This document shows, piece after piece, positions 26,612 through 37,404 of a stretch of 64,000 bases of DNA (positions are counted from its first letter, which is position 1; the number at the start of each line of letters is the position of its first letter). A model generated the notes under the pieces. It was not told the origin of the DNA, searched no databases, and worked only from the letters and a program-made list of their open reading frames with translations. The translations under genes and the position numbers were made by a program. Source of the DNA: a virus; IMG/VR virus record IMGVR_UViG_3300027969_000063, positions 41,517 through 105,516 of that record. One strand, 5' to 3'.

Positions 26612-27129
26612 TATGGCCTTAGATTATAAGGAGGATAGTTAAATGCTGCCGGATCATTAAACTGACCACGTTGATAATGCGCATTGTCTTTACGGAATTC
26701 AATAACAATCGTGTAAGAACTGTTTGCAATCATACCTCTGGTTTGAATGCCCATATCACCTTTACAATTAGCCGTACCTCTTGCATTATTTGGAATTGTA
26801 ATCCAGTTACCTGCACCGTCATATTCTCCATTACTATTTAAAAACAAACAAGTAATTGCCGTATCTGCATGCCAAAACAATTGAACATCACCATCTTTAG
26901 GAGAATCATACCAAACACGGTTAACGGCTAAACCATAGTAAGGTAATGCTGTACCGCCGTCACTTAATAAACCAGGTACTGTGTTTGCATTTAAAGCACC
27001 AGACAAGGTGTTTGCTACAATACGAGCGTGATTATCTTCTTGACCTGAACCGTCAAATTTACCCGTTAACTTAATAACAGCATGTTCTGTTGTGTCTTTT
27101 AAGACTTGGTATGTAAATAGGTTTGCCAT
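26611..27129 (-). CDS. Hypothetical virion-region protein
   Basis: ORF within the head cluster. Confidence 0.65.
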   Translation of the reverse strand: MANLFTYQVLKDTTEHAVIKLTGKFDGSGQEDNHARIVANTLSGALNANTVPGLLSDGGTALPYYGLAVNRVWYDSPKDGDVQLFWHADTAITCLFLNSNGEYDGAGNWITIPNNARGTANCKGDMGIQTRGMIANSSYTIVIEFRKDNAHYQRGQFNDPAAFNYPPYNLRP

Positions 27130-27132
27130 TTT

Positions 27133-27363
27133 TTATTCCTGTTTAAATTCTTCTGGTAAGGCTATCGCCCATTGCGAAGCGTTATACGGTATGCTTATGT
27201 ATTTATTAATCTTATCTATGTGGTATAGTGCCACTCGCTGGCCGTCACCAAACTGTCTAATTGACATTCTTTTCATCAACATGACGGCAGGAGGGTCAGC
27301 CGGTAACTTGTCTTTACGGGCTTCATTTATCTGACCAAAACGAACTTCTTTAAGAGTTTTCAC
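27133..27363 (-). CDS. Hypothetical protein
   Basis: ORF within the head cluster; DPP..L.MKR..IRQF motif. Confidence 0.6.
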   Translation of the reverse strand: MKTLKEVRFGQINEARKDKLPADPPAVMLMKRMSIRQFGDGQRVALYHIDKINKYISIPYNASQWAIALPEEFKQE

Positions 27364-27544
27364 CCGTTTCTTCCTCTTCTGATTCTGTTTCTTCTTCTGG
27401 TTGAGCCATCAAACCTTGAGCAATTTCTACCTTTTTTGCTTCAATATGAGCATTTACTTTATCTTGAATGGAAGAATATAGTGAGTTTCTAAACTCTACA
27501 CCGTTGTCGTCCATTGCGTAATCGATTATACTTTTAGTTTCCAT
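27350..27544 (-). CDS. Small acidic prohead core protein (gp67-like)
   Basis: Position after portal; acidic tail; GGAG ribosome-binding site; TATAAATA at 27562-27569. Confidence 0.65.
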   Translation of the reverse strand: METKSIIDYAMDDNGVEFRNSLYSSIQDKVNAHIEAKKVEIAQGLMAQPEEETESEEEETGENS

Positions 27545-27561
27545 TTTTATCTCCAATAAAA

Positions 27562-27569
27562 TATTTATA
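27562..27569 (-). promoter_or_regulatory. T4-type late promoter
   Basis: TATAAATA overlapping the portal stop codon. Confidence 0.75.
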
Positions 27570-29247
27570 ATATACGTTTCAATTTAATTAATGTACCACT
27601 TACTTCTTCTTTAGTGGCTTTGGCTTGTGCATCTTGTTGTTGCTGTGCCATGTCCATAGCATGTTGTTGGTCATCCGGATTCTGTGGTTGACCAGGTACT
27701 TGGGACATCATCTGTGCCTGTGCCACATCGTTGGTTACACCAACTGGCAATCCAAGACCATCTTTCTTCTCTTGCTCAATCTCTTTCTCCATAATCTGAA
27801 TGTCGTCATCAGTCAAACGGAGAACATTACGTTGAATCCATGCTTGTGAGAAGTACCGACCAGTATACGGATCAACAGAACCCAACAACTGTAGACGGTT
27901 GGTCATCAGTTCGGCTTCTTTGAGTTCAGAGAAGTTATTGTCTTTAATGAAGTCATAATGGATGTATTCTTTGAATTCATTCCACTCCTCATTAGTACAG
28001 ATACCTTTTAGTACACATTGTACTCGCATTGCTTGGTCAAACAACTCGGAGAACTTACTGCGTAAACGGTCTACAAACTTGGCAAACTTTAACTCGTCAC
28101 GGGTAATCTCATTTGAACGACCTAAAGAGAAACCTGAAGTTTCTGGATTCAACCTAGACACAGGTACACATAGTGCCTTGTATAGTTTCTTTTCAAAATA
28201 CTTAACATCTTCCAATTCACCTAGGTTTTGACCGCCAGGTAATGTGGTAATTTCTGTACCTTTACCGCCTTCACGGCGAGGTAACCAAAAATCTTCTAAC
28301 ATTGAAAGGTGTTTACGGTCATCACGAACTTCACCTGTGGCAGAATCGTATACAAGTTTGTTCTTGTATTTGACCATAATATCACGGAGATACTGCTCTG
28401 CCTTTAATTTTGGTAGATTACCCACATCAATGTAAAAAATACGGCGTTCAGGAGCACGACTAATTCTGTAAATGACTGTAGCATCTTCAATCATCCTTAA
28501 TTGGTTAAGTGGCTTAATTGCTTTGTGAAGGTAAGATAATACCACGGCACGCCTAGAATCCATTAGACCAGAAACCACCGACACAATAGAGTCCACAGTA
28601 ATACGAACTCCTACTGGTCCAAAGTTGTTGGAACCGCCCGTGGTGACTTTATCGTTGAACAGGTAATACTCATTGATCACCTTCATGATTTCAGCACCAG
28701 TCCGTTCATCCTTTTGCTTCTTAATTTCACGAACTTTACGCAGTTTTCGTGGGTCGATATAACGGAGTTCTTTGACACCTTGTGATGGGTTTTCTCTATC
28801 GACAATAATGTGGTAATATAAACGACCATCCACATAGTATCTACGGAAGATATCTTGTCCCATGTTCTTGTAATTAAACAATCTCAGAACGGTATTAAAT
28901 TCATCCTTAATAGCAGTTTTGATTTTATCTGGTTGTTTGAGATCATCCAAAATAATTTTAATACTTTGACCATCATCATCTTGGCAAATGGCTTCATTGA
29001 TAATATCATCGATGGCCGATTCGATTTCTGGCTGCATGGCCATTTCACGATAACGAGAAATGAGTTCTACTTCATTTTTGGCTGTACCATCGAGGTCCAC
29101 ATATGTGCCATAGTAGGCCGCAGAGGTAATGGTGAGAGCGCCGTCCTCATTAGCAGGAGGCGTAAAAGATTGTTGCACATCTTGGACTTCTTCGTCCTTG
29201 TTTCGTGCAATTGTAAAACCAAAAAGAGAAAATTTATTAGCCGCCAT
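27565..29247 (-). CDS. gp20: Portal protein (gp20)
   Basis: YRISRAPERRIFYIDVGNLP, EDFWLPRREGGKGTEI. Confidence 0.98.
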   Translation of the reverse strand: MAANKFSLFGFTIARNKDEEVQDVQQSFTPPANEDGALTITSAAYYGTYVDLDGTAKNEVELISRYREMAMQPEIESAIDDIINEAICQDDDGQSIKIILDDLKQPDKIKTAIKDEFNTVLRLFNYKNMGQDIFRRYYVDGRLYYHIIVDRENPSQGVKELRYIDPRKLRKVREIKKQKDERTGAEIMKVINEYYLFNDKVTTGGSNNFGPVGVRITVDSIVSVVSGLMDSRRAVVLSYLHKAIKPLNQLRMIEDATVIYRISRAPERRIFYIDVGNLPKLKAEQYLRDIMVKYKNKLVYDSATGEVRDDRKHLSMLEDFWLPRREGGKGTEITTLPGGQNLGELEDVKYFEKKLYKALCVPVSRLNPETSGFSLGRSNEITRDELKFAKFVDRLRSKFSELFDQAMRVQCVLKGICTNEEWNEFKEYIHYDFIKDNNFSELKEAELMTNRLQLLGSVDPYTGRYFSQAWIQRNVLRLTDDDIQIMEKEIEQEKKDGLGLPVGVTNDVAQAQMMSQVPGQPQNPDDQQHAMDMAQQQQDAQAKATKEEVSGTLIKLKRIL

Positions 29248-29266
29248 ATTGTGTTATATCCAATTC

Positions 29267-29304
29267 AAAAAAAACATAATGGAGAGAACCGTAGCTCTCT
29301 CCGT
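29267..29304 (-). terminator. Hairpin / probable terminator after gp19
   Basis: GGAGAGAGC-TACG-GTTCTCTCC with a downstream T run. Confidence 0.65.
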
Positions 29305-29317
29305 AAAATAAAATAAA

Positions 29318-29860
29318 TTAACTTGTTGTAACAGCTTCCCACCATTGGTAGGCAAAGGTTACACCGTATTCTTCAATACTGTCATTTGAACTCCAATCTA
29401 AATCAATTGGTGCCAAATCAACAGGGAACAAGCCAACAAATTTATAAGATTTGAGAGCTTCGCCTGCTTTGCCGTATTGAGTAACGGTTGCGTCTGTGGT
29501 GTATCCTAGTGGATTAACAGCTGCACCATTTCTGACGTTACTTGCATGACTGTTGATTGCATTCATCCATGATTCCATAGAATCTCTGATTACAAAATCT
29601 TCATCATTGATAATTTGCAATGTCCAATCGGCGAATGAACGGTTACCAGCAAACTTCAATTCACGACCAAAGTAATAAATTGGGAATGAATTAACGGTTG
29701 AACCAGGTAACTGTGCCGTTTTAGCCATAAACGATGTCTTTTGTGAAGCTGCCACACCGTTTGCTGCGACTGTTGGAAATGTTAAGGTTACTTGAAATAG
29801 ATTGGGACGGGCACCGTCACCAATCATATTAGACCTAAATTCCGCTACATTAAATGCCAT
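29318..29860 (-). CDS. gp19: Tail tube protein (gp19)
   Basis: GARPNLF, GRELKFAGNRSFADW, IEEYGVTFAYQWW. Confidence 0.95.
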   Translation of the reverse strand: MAFNVAEFRSNMIGDGARPNLFQVTLTFPTVAANGVAASQKTSFMAKTAQLPGSTVNSFPIYYFGRELKFAGNRSFADWTLQIINDEDFVIRDSMESWMNAINSHASNVRNGAAVNPLGYTTDATVTQYGKAGEALKSYKFVGLFPVDLAPIDLDWSSNDSIEEYGVTFAYQWWEAVTTS

Positions 29861-29889
29861 TTGTATCTCCTATATCGTTGTATTATTTA

Positions 29890-31605
29890 TTAGAACTTCC
29901 CAACGACTTCAGTAAAATCAACACCAGTTCTTACTGCCACAAAATTCAACTGGATGAAGTTGATAGAACGAGCAGGTTTGATGTAGATATCACCAACAAA
30001 TCGGTTTGTATCAATCACTTCACCAGTATTATTTGTAGAATCACAAACAACACGGAAGTCATAGATACCACGGCGACCTTGTACATCTCTTAGGAACGGT
30101 GTAACCAAAGCAACAAACTGAGCCCGTGTAAATTCGTCATTGAATTCAAACATGGAATATTTAGCTGCTGAAGCAATAGCCTTTTCTAATACAATAAACA
30201 ATCTACGAACATTAATACGATCAAAGGCAGATGGTTTGGATTGTAAAGTCTTGTCACCATACAACACTACGCCTGTACCAGCCATTGCAACTACTGGATT
30301 AACACCTTTTGCATAAAGTGTATCTCTATCTGTCTTGGTTGGATTGTATGCCAACTTAACAACATTCTTTAGATTACCACGGTTTAGACCAGCAGGTGAG
30401 AACCATGGATCACGAACATTGTCGGTATTAACACATAGTCCAGCAATATCACCGTTTAAAGGAACCCAACGATATGTATTGTTGTACTTGTCAAACATAT
30501 ACTTCCAACCAGAGTCGGCAACAGTATAAGAAGATGAACGAGCCAACGTAGTATTCCAAGCAACAATATCAGCAGCTTCATCGCCAGCATTGTTTACAAC
30601 AGTATCGGAAGGTGGAGAAATAAATGCCACACAATCTTTTCTGTATTCAGCAACATTATCGATGATGTACTGTTGTACGGCCACAGCAGCATTACCAGAA
30701 ATTACCAATGAAATATCTAATGCTTCAGAATTTCTGAATAAACCATATCCAGTTTGAAGATTGCTAGCAGCTGGTTGGCTATCGGTACCTTTGGTCAATG
30801 TGATTGTTTGTGGTGTAGCCACAGTTACATAATTGGTATTGCTTAATGCATTACCCCATGTGGTAGAAGTTGTGCTGTAACTTACTGGATCCATAGAATA
30901 AACATACTTTGATTGCTTAAACAATACATCTTTGTAGAAATTTGAATTTCCTAAAGAGTCTGTTGAATCTGAACCTTTTGAAAGGTATGGGAATACTTCT
31001 AATACAGTATTTTTTGTACCAGTAAATAGACCTTGTGAGTCCATAACGACAATGTGTATTTCATCATTAGCAGCACCAGCAGATGCAGCTTGTACAGAAG
31101 TACCTGGAGCGCCAGTAAAGTATGAAGAAACACCCACACCATTAACTGTCCAAGTATTAAAAGTGGCACCAGCATCAATAACTGAAACTGTTATTGAATT
31201 ACCTAGAGCACCAGCATACTTAGCGGCAAAAGCACCAGTAGTATTAGCGTTAAGTCTGTTATGTAAATAGGACTCTTCGTAGATATCTTCATTTAAAATT
31301 TGGATACTTGTAGCAGTAGTATTTGCAATAGCATTGTATCCGCTATCACCAACCGCACGAACAATTTTTAAATTATTACCATAGGCCAGAAAACTGGCTG
31401 CTGTGAAGAATGATGTATATGTGTTACTATCAGGCTTGCCAAATACTTTTGCTAAAGTAATTTCGCTATCGATAGTTTTTACTATATTTGCTGGTCCCCA
31501 TTGGAAACCTCCAGCAAAAGCACCGGCCGTAGTGAGTACTGAAGGAACGACTGTTGTAAGGTCGACTTCAGAAACGTTTACGCCTGGAGAGATTTGAAAT
31601 GCCAT
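29890..31605 (-). CDS. gp18: Tail sheath protein (gp18)
   Basis: SPGVNVSEVD, PWFSPAG, RINVRRLF, IKPARSINFI; CATAAATA at 31657-31664. Confidence 0.97.
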   Translation of the reverse strand: MAFQISPGVNVSEVDLTTVVPSVLTTAGAFAGGFQWGPANIVKTIDSEITLAKVFGKPDSNTYTSFFTAASFLAYGNNLKIVRAVGDSGYNAIANTTATSIQILNEDIYEESYLHNRLNANTTGAFAAKYAGALGNSITVSVIDAGATFNTWTVNGVGVSSYFTGAPGTSVQAASAGAANDEIHIVVMDSQGLFTGTKNTVLEVFPYLSKGSDSTDSLGNSNFYKDVLFKQSKYVYSMDPVSYSTTSTTWGNALSNTNYVTVATPQTITLTKGTDSQPAASNLQTGYGLFRNSEALDISLVISGNAAVAVQQYIIDNVAEYRKDCVAFISPPSDTVVNNAGDEAADIVAWNTTLARSSSYTVADSGWKYMFDKYNNTYRWVPLNGDIAGLCVNTDNVRDPWFSPAGLNRGNLKNVVKLAYNPTKTDRDTLYAKGVNPVVAMAGTGVVLYGDKTLQSKPSAFDRINVRRLFIVLEKAIASAAKYSMFEFNDEFTRAQFVALVTPFLRDVQGRRGIYDFRVVCDSTNNTGEVIDTNRFVGDIYIKPARSINFIQLNFVAVRTGVDFTEVVGKF

Positions 31606-31675
31606 TTGTTATCTCCTTGAATATGATGTTATTTGGCAGTTATGATACCATACAGATATTTATGTAAGGCGGTAT

Positions 31676-33361
31676 TTAGAGATTCCTAAAAGATTCTCTG
31701 ACGAAAGATTCATAAACATTGCCTCCGTCTGCTACTTCCCATACATCACCACCAACAACCTCTAGTCCTGGCCGTTCTAAACCAGTTTCTATGATTGGTG
31801 CTGGTAATGTTTCATCATCTAATTGATTCATATTTTCTAACTGAATCTGTTTTCTAATGTCATGGTTGACAATTTCTTTAAAGTATTTCTGTGTGGCAGC
31901 CCATGCAAAAAGAACTAAAGTCATAGCCATATCATCATTGGCTTCAGCTTCAGCCGCAAAAGATGTCTTGTTGGCCACAAAGGTGGTTAGTTCAGAAATG
32001 GTATCAAAGTCTACAACTTGTAACTTGTCACCCTCAATCAAGGTCTTTAGGTTAGAACAACCAACTCGTTTGACCGCTGTAGACATCTTGACACCCATCT
32101 GTACACCACGACCAAATCCACTATGAAGTTGTTGGGGTTTCTTATTACCTGTAAACACTTTCCATAGATTTTCATACTCCAAATCTTGGTGAATAATATC
32201 GGCTACTTGTGGATTGTTATTAATTTCAACCAAAACATAAGCTTCATTATATAATCTTGCAGCATTGTATATGATGGTTGGAAATAAAATTGGTGAAATT
32301 GATGAACTCTTATAGGTGGCCACTTGCCGATATGGTGTGATGGATATATCGAATACAGAAAATGCTGAACAGTCCAAGTTACGACCTTCTGATACATCCA
32401 CGGTAATGGCATACAGATGGTCTTTTTTACCATAATCATCACCTTTAATTGGATATTCATAGATTTTCATCATATCGTGTTCAGTAACAGGATCTTTATA
32501 GACCATTGCCTGTAATTTTTGACCAGAAATAAGAGTGTTATTAGAACCTAAAAACTCCGTTTCAAACTCCTGACGGAACTGATGCTCAGATGTGTTACGA
32601 ATTGTTTCTTCTTTCCAAGCATCATCTCGACCTGGTACCATAGACCAATGAACTTCAAATGGTGTGTAGTTATTCTTTTTATTAATGGCATCTGTCCAAA
32701 TCTTATAAAACAGATTCATACCATTAGGTGTAGAAACAATAATAATCTTTGTTTTGGTACCAGCAGTAATAACAGGATACACAGAAGTAAAGAAGTCCGT
32801 GGCAATATTGGATGGTACGAAAGCAAACTCGTCTAAGAATACAATGTTAAACGAACCAGAACGAGCCGCTGAAGATGATGTTGAAGATGCAATGATTACA
32901 GAACCGTTTTCTAATTCGACACGACCTTTGTTCCACTCTACAACACCTTGTTGTAACCACATTGGTAAATTCTCATAGGCCAACTGTAGTTTACCTAGAA
33001 TACCACGAGCAGTTTCACCACGGTTAGCAAGAACAGCAACGGTCTGTGAATCTTGAAACAATATGGTCCAGAGAAGATAAGCAACTGTTGTGGTGGTTTT
33101 ACCAACTTGTCGAGGACATTTCATGATTGTAAAACGATTTTGATGGAACGTTTTAATCATGTCCTCTTGAAAATCATACATCTTAAATGATGTTATACCT
33201 TCATCAAGAGTAATAATCTTAATGTATTTGGTAAAATACAAAGGATCTTTAGAACATTTGATATATTCTTGTACTTGTTCTTCCGTAAAGTTAACCTGAA
33301 CACCTACCCGTTTCAGTAGGGGGTTATCACGGTACGATTCTTTATTCTTTTTGAGAGCCAT
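31676..33361 (-). CDS. gp17: Terminase large subunit (gp17)
   Basis: PRQVGKT, FLDEFAF, STPNG, DDMAM. Confidence 0.97.
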   Translation of the reverse strand: MALKKNKESYRDNPLLKRVGVQVNFTEEQVQEYIKCSKDPLYFTKYIKIITLDEGITSFKMYDFQEDMIKTFHQNRFTIMKCPRQVGKTTTTVAYLLWTILFQDSQTVAVLANRGETARGILGKLQLAYENLPMWLQQGVVEWNKGRVELENGSVIIASSTSSSAARSGSFNIVFLDEFAFVPSNIATDFFTSVYPVITAGTKTKIIIVSTPNGMNLFYKIWTDAINKKNNYTPFEVHWSMVPGRDDAWKEETIRNTSEHQFRQEFETEFLGSNNTLISGQKLQAMVYKDPVTEHDMMKIYEYPIKGDDYGKKDHLYAITVDVSEGRNLDCSAFSVFDISITPYRQVATYKSSSISPILFPTIIYNAARLYNEAYVLVEINNNPQVADIIHQDLEYENLWKVFTGNKKPQQLHSGFGRGVQMGVKMSTAVKRVGCSNLKTLIEGDKLQVVDFDTISELTTFVANKTSFAAEAEANDDMAMTLVLFAWAATQKYFKEIVNHDIRKQIQLENMNQLDDETLPAPIIETGLERPGLEVVGGDVWEVADGGNVYESFVRESFRNL

Positions 33362-33770
33362 TATTTTTCAGTAGTTTACTTAGTTCAGAGGTTGAACCAA
33401 CAAAAATGGCTTTATCGATATTGGTGTTAGTTGTTTCTCTCTTAACACCATCCATCTCACGCATTTGTTTTTGAATATTTAAAAGTTCTTTATTGGCATC
33501 TACCATATTTTTAAGTATACCACCATACACTTCAAATGCTCTTGGATGTTGACCTGCTTTGGCAACTTGTAATATTTCTTCCATGGCTTCTTTACCTTGG
33601 TCAATAATACCTTGTAGGTTTTCTTTTGACTGTTGATACGCATCAGACAAATCTTGTTTTAATTCGGGATCATTATCTTTGGTAGATACCGCAGGAAGTT
33701 TTTCTTTCTTTTCCTCTGGCGCAGGCACCACATCAAATATTTCTTCCATTTTTTTATCAAAGTTGTTCAT
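33342..33770 (-). CDS. gp16: Terminase small subunit (gp16)
   Basis: HPRAFEV, IFVGSTSEL. Confidence 0.93.
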   Translation of the reverse strand: MNNFDKKMEEIFDVVPAPEEKKEKLPAVSTKDNDPELKQDLSDAYQQSKENLQGIIDQGKEAMEEILQVAKAGQHPRAFEVYGGILKNMVDANKELLNIQKQMREMDGVKRETTNTNIDKAIFVGSTSELSKLLKNNGSQKE

Positions 33771-33785
33771 AGTTAGTTTTATTCA

Positions 33786-35405
33786 TTAAGATAGTTTAAC
33801 GTAACCCCAATAAACAGTTTGTTCCGATCCGCTGGTGTTATTAATTCCAAAAACAAATACATTGTTTGTTGTGCCTGATACAGTAGCAGTTGATATTGCA
33901 CCTACTGTTCCCACAATTTGATCCGGTATACTTGTGATTGTAATTGGACTTCCACCACCTGTATAATTCCAAGCGTATTGATTACCTAATACTGGCACAT
34001 TACTATTGGTAACATGTACGGTAGCAATGTATGATATAATCCCGTTAGGAATATTACCTCTAACCCATAACTGATAAGCGCCATTTATTGGAACTGTAAT
34101 ACTGTATGTGCTTGCGCCGGTAGTAACAGTCCAACTACCTGAAGTGAGATTTGCTCCGCTTGCACCTTGAACACCCGTAGCACCATTGGTGCCAGAAGGA
34201 CCGGTTGCACCACTAACACCAGTAGCACCATTAGTACCTGCTGAACCGGTGGCACCATTAATACCTGTACCTGTAGCACCGTTAGTGCCGGCAGAACCTG
34301 TGGCACCAGTAACACCTGAAGCACCCGATACTCCACTAGCACCATTTGTACCATTTGTACCAAAAGGACTTAAATCGGTTACATAGATGGCATACTGAGT
34401 ACCGTTAGTGGCGTATACTGGTAAAACTATAGCATCGTTGGTATTAATTACCCAAGTAGGATGGCCTGGATCGTCACCTAATGACACATTAGATTGAGGA
34501 GTATTCATTAATTTTGTAACAGTATTGGCAGGATCACCAACAGGTACAAAAGTCCAATTTGTATTTCCAAGACCAATTATTTCATTTATGTAAGCATCTA
34601 CTACTGAGCCATCTTTTCTAACAGTAAAACCATTTCCATAAGAATTAAGATTAAATTCTCCTAGTGCTACTGTATAACTGCCTGTAAAACTATCTAGTAA
34701 TAATAAATTACCAGCACCAATAGTACCTTGTGGTCCAGTAGCACCAGAAACACCAGTTGCGCCTTGTGTACCTACACCAGTTGCACCATCAATACCTGTA
34801 GCACCATTAGTACCCGCTGAGCCTGTGGCGCCATTGGTACCGGCAGAACCTGTAGCACCATCAACACCATTTACTCCACTAGCGCCATTAGTACCGGCTG
34901 AACCTGTGGCACCATTGGTTCCATTTGAACCGGTAGGACCAGTAGCACCATCAATACCTGTAGCACCATTTGAACCAGAGGAACCCGTGGCACCATCAAT
35001 ACCTGTAGCACCATTAGTACCTGCTGAACCTGAAGCACCTTGTACGCCTGTAGCACCATTTGTACCGGCTGAACCTGTGGCACCATTAGTACCTGCTGAA
35101 CCTGAAGCACCTTGTACGCCTGTGGCACCGTTGGTACCGGCAGAACCTGTAGCACCAGAAATACCAGTAGCACCTTGGCCACCAGTAACACCACTAGCGC
35201 CTTGAGCACCTGTAGCACCTTGATTACCTTGAATACCAACATGGTCAACATAATATTTTGAAGCCATTGCATGGCCGCCACGGGTTACACCATCATGGAT
35301 TGTTATTGTGTGGTTTGTTGAATCGATAATAAATTCACCATTAGCTCCAGTAGTATTAGCAACTACTGTGTTGGCAAATCTTTTAAATTGTAATGTTCTT
35401 GGCAT
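33786..35405 (-). CDS. Collagen-repeat fibre protein with Mtd_N-like N-terminal anchor
   Basis: LQFKR...GANGEFIID...IHDGVTRGG N-terminus; two G-X-Y blocks. Confidence 0.8.
   Translation of the reverse strand: MPRTLQFKRFANTVVANTTGANGEFIIDSTNHTITIHDGVTRGGHAMASKYYVDHVGIQGNQGATGAQGASGVTGGQGATGISGATGSAGTNGATGVQGASGSAGTNGATGSAGTNGATGVQGASGSAGTNGATGIDGATGSSGSNGATGIDGATGPTGSNGTNGATGSAGTNGASGVNGVDGATGSAGTNGATGSAGTNGATGIDGATGVGTQGATGVSGATGPQGTIGAGNLLLLDSFTGSYTVALGEFNLNSYGNGFTVRKDGSVVDAYINEIIGLGNTNWTFVPVGDPANTVTKLMNTPQSNVSLGDDPGHPTWVINTNDAIVLPVYATNGTQYAIYVTDLSPFGTNGTNGASGVSGASGVTGATGSAGTNGATGTGINGATGSAGTNGATGVSGATGPSGTNGATGVQGASGANLTSGSWTVTTGASTYSITVPINGAYQLWVRGNIPNGIISYIATVHVTNSNVPVLGNQYAWNYTGGGSPITITSIPDQIVGTVGAISTATVSGTTNNVFVFGINNTSGSEQTVYWGYVKLS
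34720..35240 (-). repeat. G-X-Y collagen-like coding repeats (GATGSAGTN); second block at about 34160-34360
   Basis: 9-nt and 27-nt periodicity. Confidence 0.85.
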
Positions 35406-35406
35406 T

Positions 35407-36516
35407 TTAAGATCCTAAATCTATTTGGTTTTCTAATTCGATATGCAAATCGTCTATACCAAATACGTTTGTGTTTAAATCAACAACTAAAGTATTTGAT
35501 GAAATAACTGTATCATCAATATTTGGTATTTCTGTTGTAGTGGTGGTATATGTATAAGAAGTGTTTACGTTAGCATCAGTTGGATTAGTAACAATAACAA
35601 TCTGTGCTTGTGTTTGTGGTAATACATTGTATGAATCAAATACATAATTGGCATTACTTACATAACCAACAATGGGCGAATCTGATATAAAATTACCTTC
35701 AATATTGGTTAATTTTAATACGCCATTTTCCCAAGAAAGAACCTTGGCAGTTGCTGTGGCATTGGCATGAGAGTATCCTTGATATACCAATTCATCTTTT
35801 TTATAATTTTGTTCATAAGAATTTTGGTGATGTGATCTCATATTAAATTCAACAACATCATTTGTAGTAATGTTATTCAATATATTTGTAATAGAAGTTC
35901 TGATTAAACCACCAACATCAGATACCTTACCAAATACAAATCCTTTAACTGTAAAGTTTAATGTCCAAATAACCATTCTAGTTTCTACAGTTCTACCATC
36001 ACCTTCGTATTCTATTTCGTGTGTAGCACTATTTAAAACAATAGGTATTTCTTTTACAATACCCATTTCAGGAATAAGATTTAATTTAATAGTGTAATCT
36101 GGTGCAAAATATGGAAGTATGTGTTCAATAATTTGTGTACCATCTTCAATGTTTCTTACATAGATGTACAGATTAAAATCAAAATTATATGGAACAGGAT
36201 TGTATTGAGATACAACACCACTAGTTGTTTTGGCAAATGTTTTAATATTTGTATTTTGTTTACGAGTGGCATCGTAAGTCATATTAGACATTTCGAATGA
36301 CATTCTTGGTAAAGTTGTTTGAACTTTTTTATCCAAGTTTGGATCATCCTCTAGACGCCTAACATACATCTCTTTGGTGGCATAGACAATAGGCACCAAC
36401 ATTCTTTGTTGTTCTGATAAATTTGGATTGTAACGAACCAATGTAATATCTTTAAATAGATTACCAAATCCTATTACTAGTTTTCGAATGATTCTATTGT
36501 ATGATGTATTTGCCAT
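35407..36516 (-). CDS. gp15: Tail sheath stabiliser (gp15) with C-terminal extension
   Basis: FGNLF, LPRMSFE, PVPYNFDF, QIIEHILPYFAP. Confidence 0.92.
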   Translation of the reverse strand: MANTSYNRIIRKLVIGFGNLFKDITLVRYNPNLSEQQRMLVPIVYATKEMYVRRLEDDPNLDKKVQTTLPRMSFEMSNMTYDATRKQNTNIKTFAKTTSGVVSQYNPVPYNFDFNLYIYVRNIEDGTQIIEHILPYFAPDYTIKLNLIPEMGIVKEIPIVLNSATHEIEYEGDGRTVETRMVIWTLNFTVKGFVFGKVSDVGGLIRTSITNILNNITTNDVVEFNMRSHHQNSYEQNYKKDELVYQGYSHANATATAKVLSWENGVLKLTNIEGNFISDSPIVGYVSNANYVFDSYNVLPQTQAQIVIVTNPTDANVNTSYTYTTTTTEIPNIDDTVISSNTLVVDLNTNVFGIDDLHIELENQIDLGS

Positions 36517-37403
36517 TATATGCTACCAAAAGGATTTGTTTCTGAAAAATCAATAATAGAATTAGCAGAATTACTAATATGTTTATTATCGTAAGTTTCT
36601 GAATAAGTGTTGTCCACTAATGGATCAAACGATGCCAAGACATATTGAGCACCACTTGTTTCACCAACAAGAGTTTCACCATCGACAAAGTTTCCGTAGA
36701 TAGTTGTTACAGCCAGAATGTTGGATGCTGGTACCCAACCTTGAACTGTAGCAGAAGCAATCACAACATCGTTTACTGTTTGTGTTACCAATTCTTTTTG
36801 TAAGAACTTTCCTGTACCTGCACCAGTATTTAAATGTAATGTGTAAGCATTATTAGTAACAACATCATCAATCTCACTAATGCCAGTAGAAATCTCTTCT
36901 TGTGAATACTTGAATTTCTCTAAACTGAGTTCAAAGAAATAAGGTTGTTTTCTACCTAACATATGGAAATCTTTGGCTTGTTCTGTAAATTTAATTTCAA
37001 ACAATTCGCCAGTACCATTCAACCAAGGTACATACACCAAATCACCTTCTCTTGGTCTGGTAAAATGGTTATCTGGATTCTGTAGTACCTTTTCTTCAAA
37101 GGCTCTCTTAGAAACAATTACTTTAACGTCATCTTTAATTTCCAAACCAAACTTGGAAAATACATCATGCTGACCAATGTAATCTGTTGGATCAGAAGAT
37201 AGATACATCTCAACTGGAAATGAAGTTTTAAATTTCTTAACTGGATCTTCACCGTACAATAGATCACGATCTCCCGAATTGGTAATAGGAAGATAGAAAG
37301 CATCAAAGCCCATAATCTTGATTGATTCAACAATCAAATCTTCTATGAGTCTTTGTTCGCTATATTTTGAATTGTAATTATTAAAGTAAACTGAAGTTGC
37401 CAT
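36516..37403 (-). CDS. gp14: Neck protein (gp14)
   Basis: LIVESIKIMG, SKFGLEI, PREGDLVY, DFSETNPFG. Confidence 0.92.
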   Translation of the reverse strand: MATSVYFNNYNSKYSEQRLIEDLIVESIKIMGFDAFYLPITNSGDRDLLYGEDPVKKFKTSFPVEMYLSSDPTDYIGQHDVFSKFGLEIKDDVKVIVSKRAFEEKVLQNPDNHFTRPREGDLVYVPWLNGTGELFEIKFTEQAKDFHMLGRKQPYFFELSLEKFKYSQEEISTGISEIDDVVTNNAYTLHLNTGAGTGKFLQKELVTQTVNDVVIASATVQGWVPASNILAVTTIYGNFVDGETLVGETSGAQYVLASFDPLVDNTYSETYDNKHISNSANSIIDFSETNPFGSI

Positions 37404-37404
37404 A

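Noticed and set aside
1694-33361. Introns, inteins or homing endonucleases in gp43, uvsW, gp17, gp20 or gp23
   Set aside because: ORFs are continuous and of normal length, with no intein or HNH/GIY-YIG motifs seen
35270-35405. Diversity-generating retroelement suggested by the Mtd_N-like domain
   Set aside because: No reverse transcriptase or adenine-specific TR/VR pair seen; the domain is a common fibre anchor
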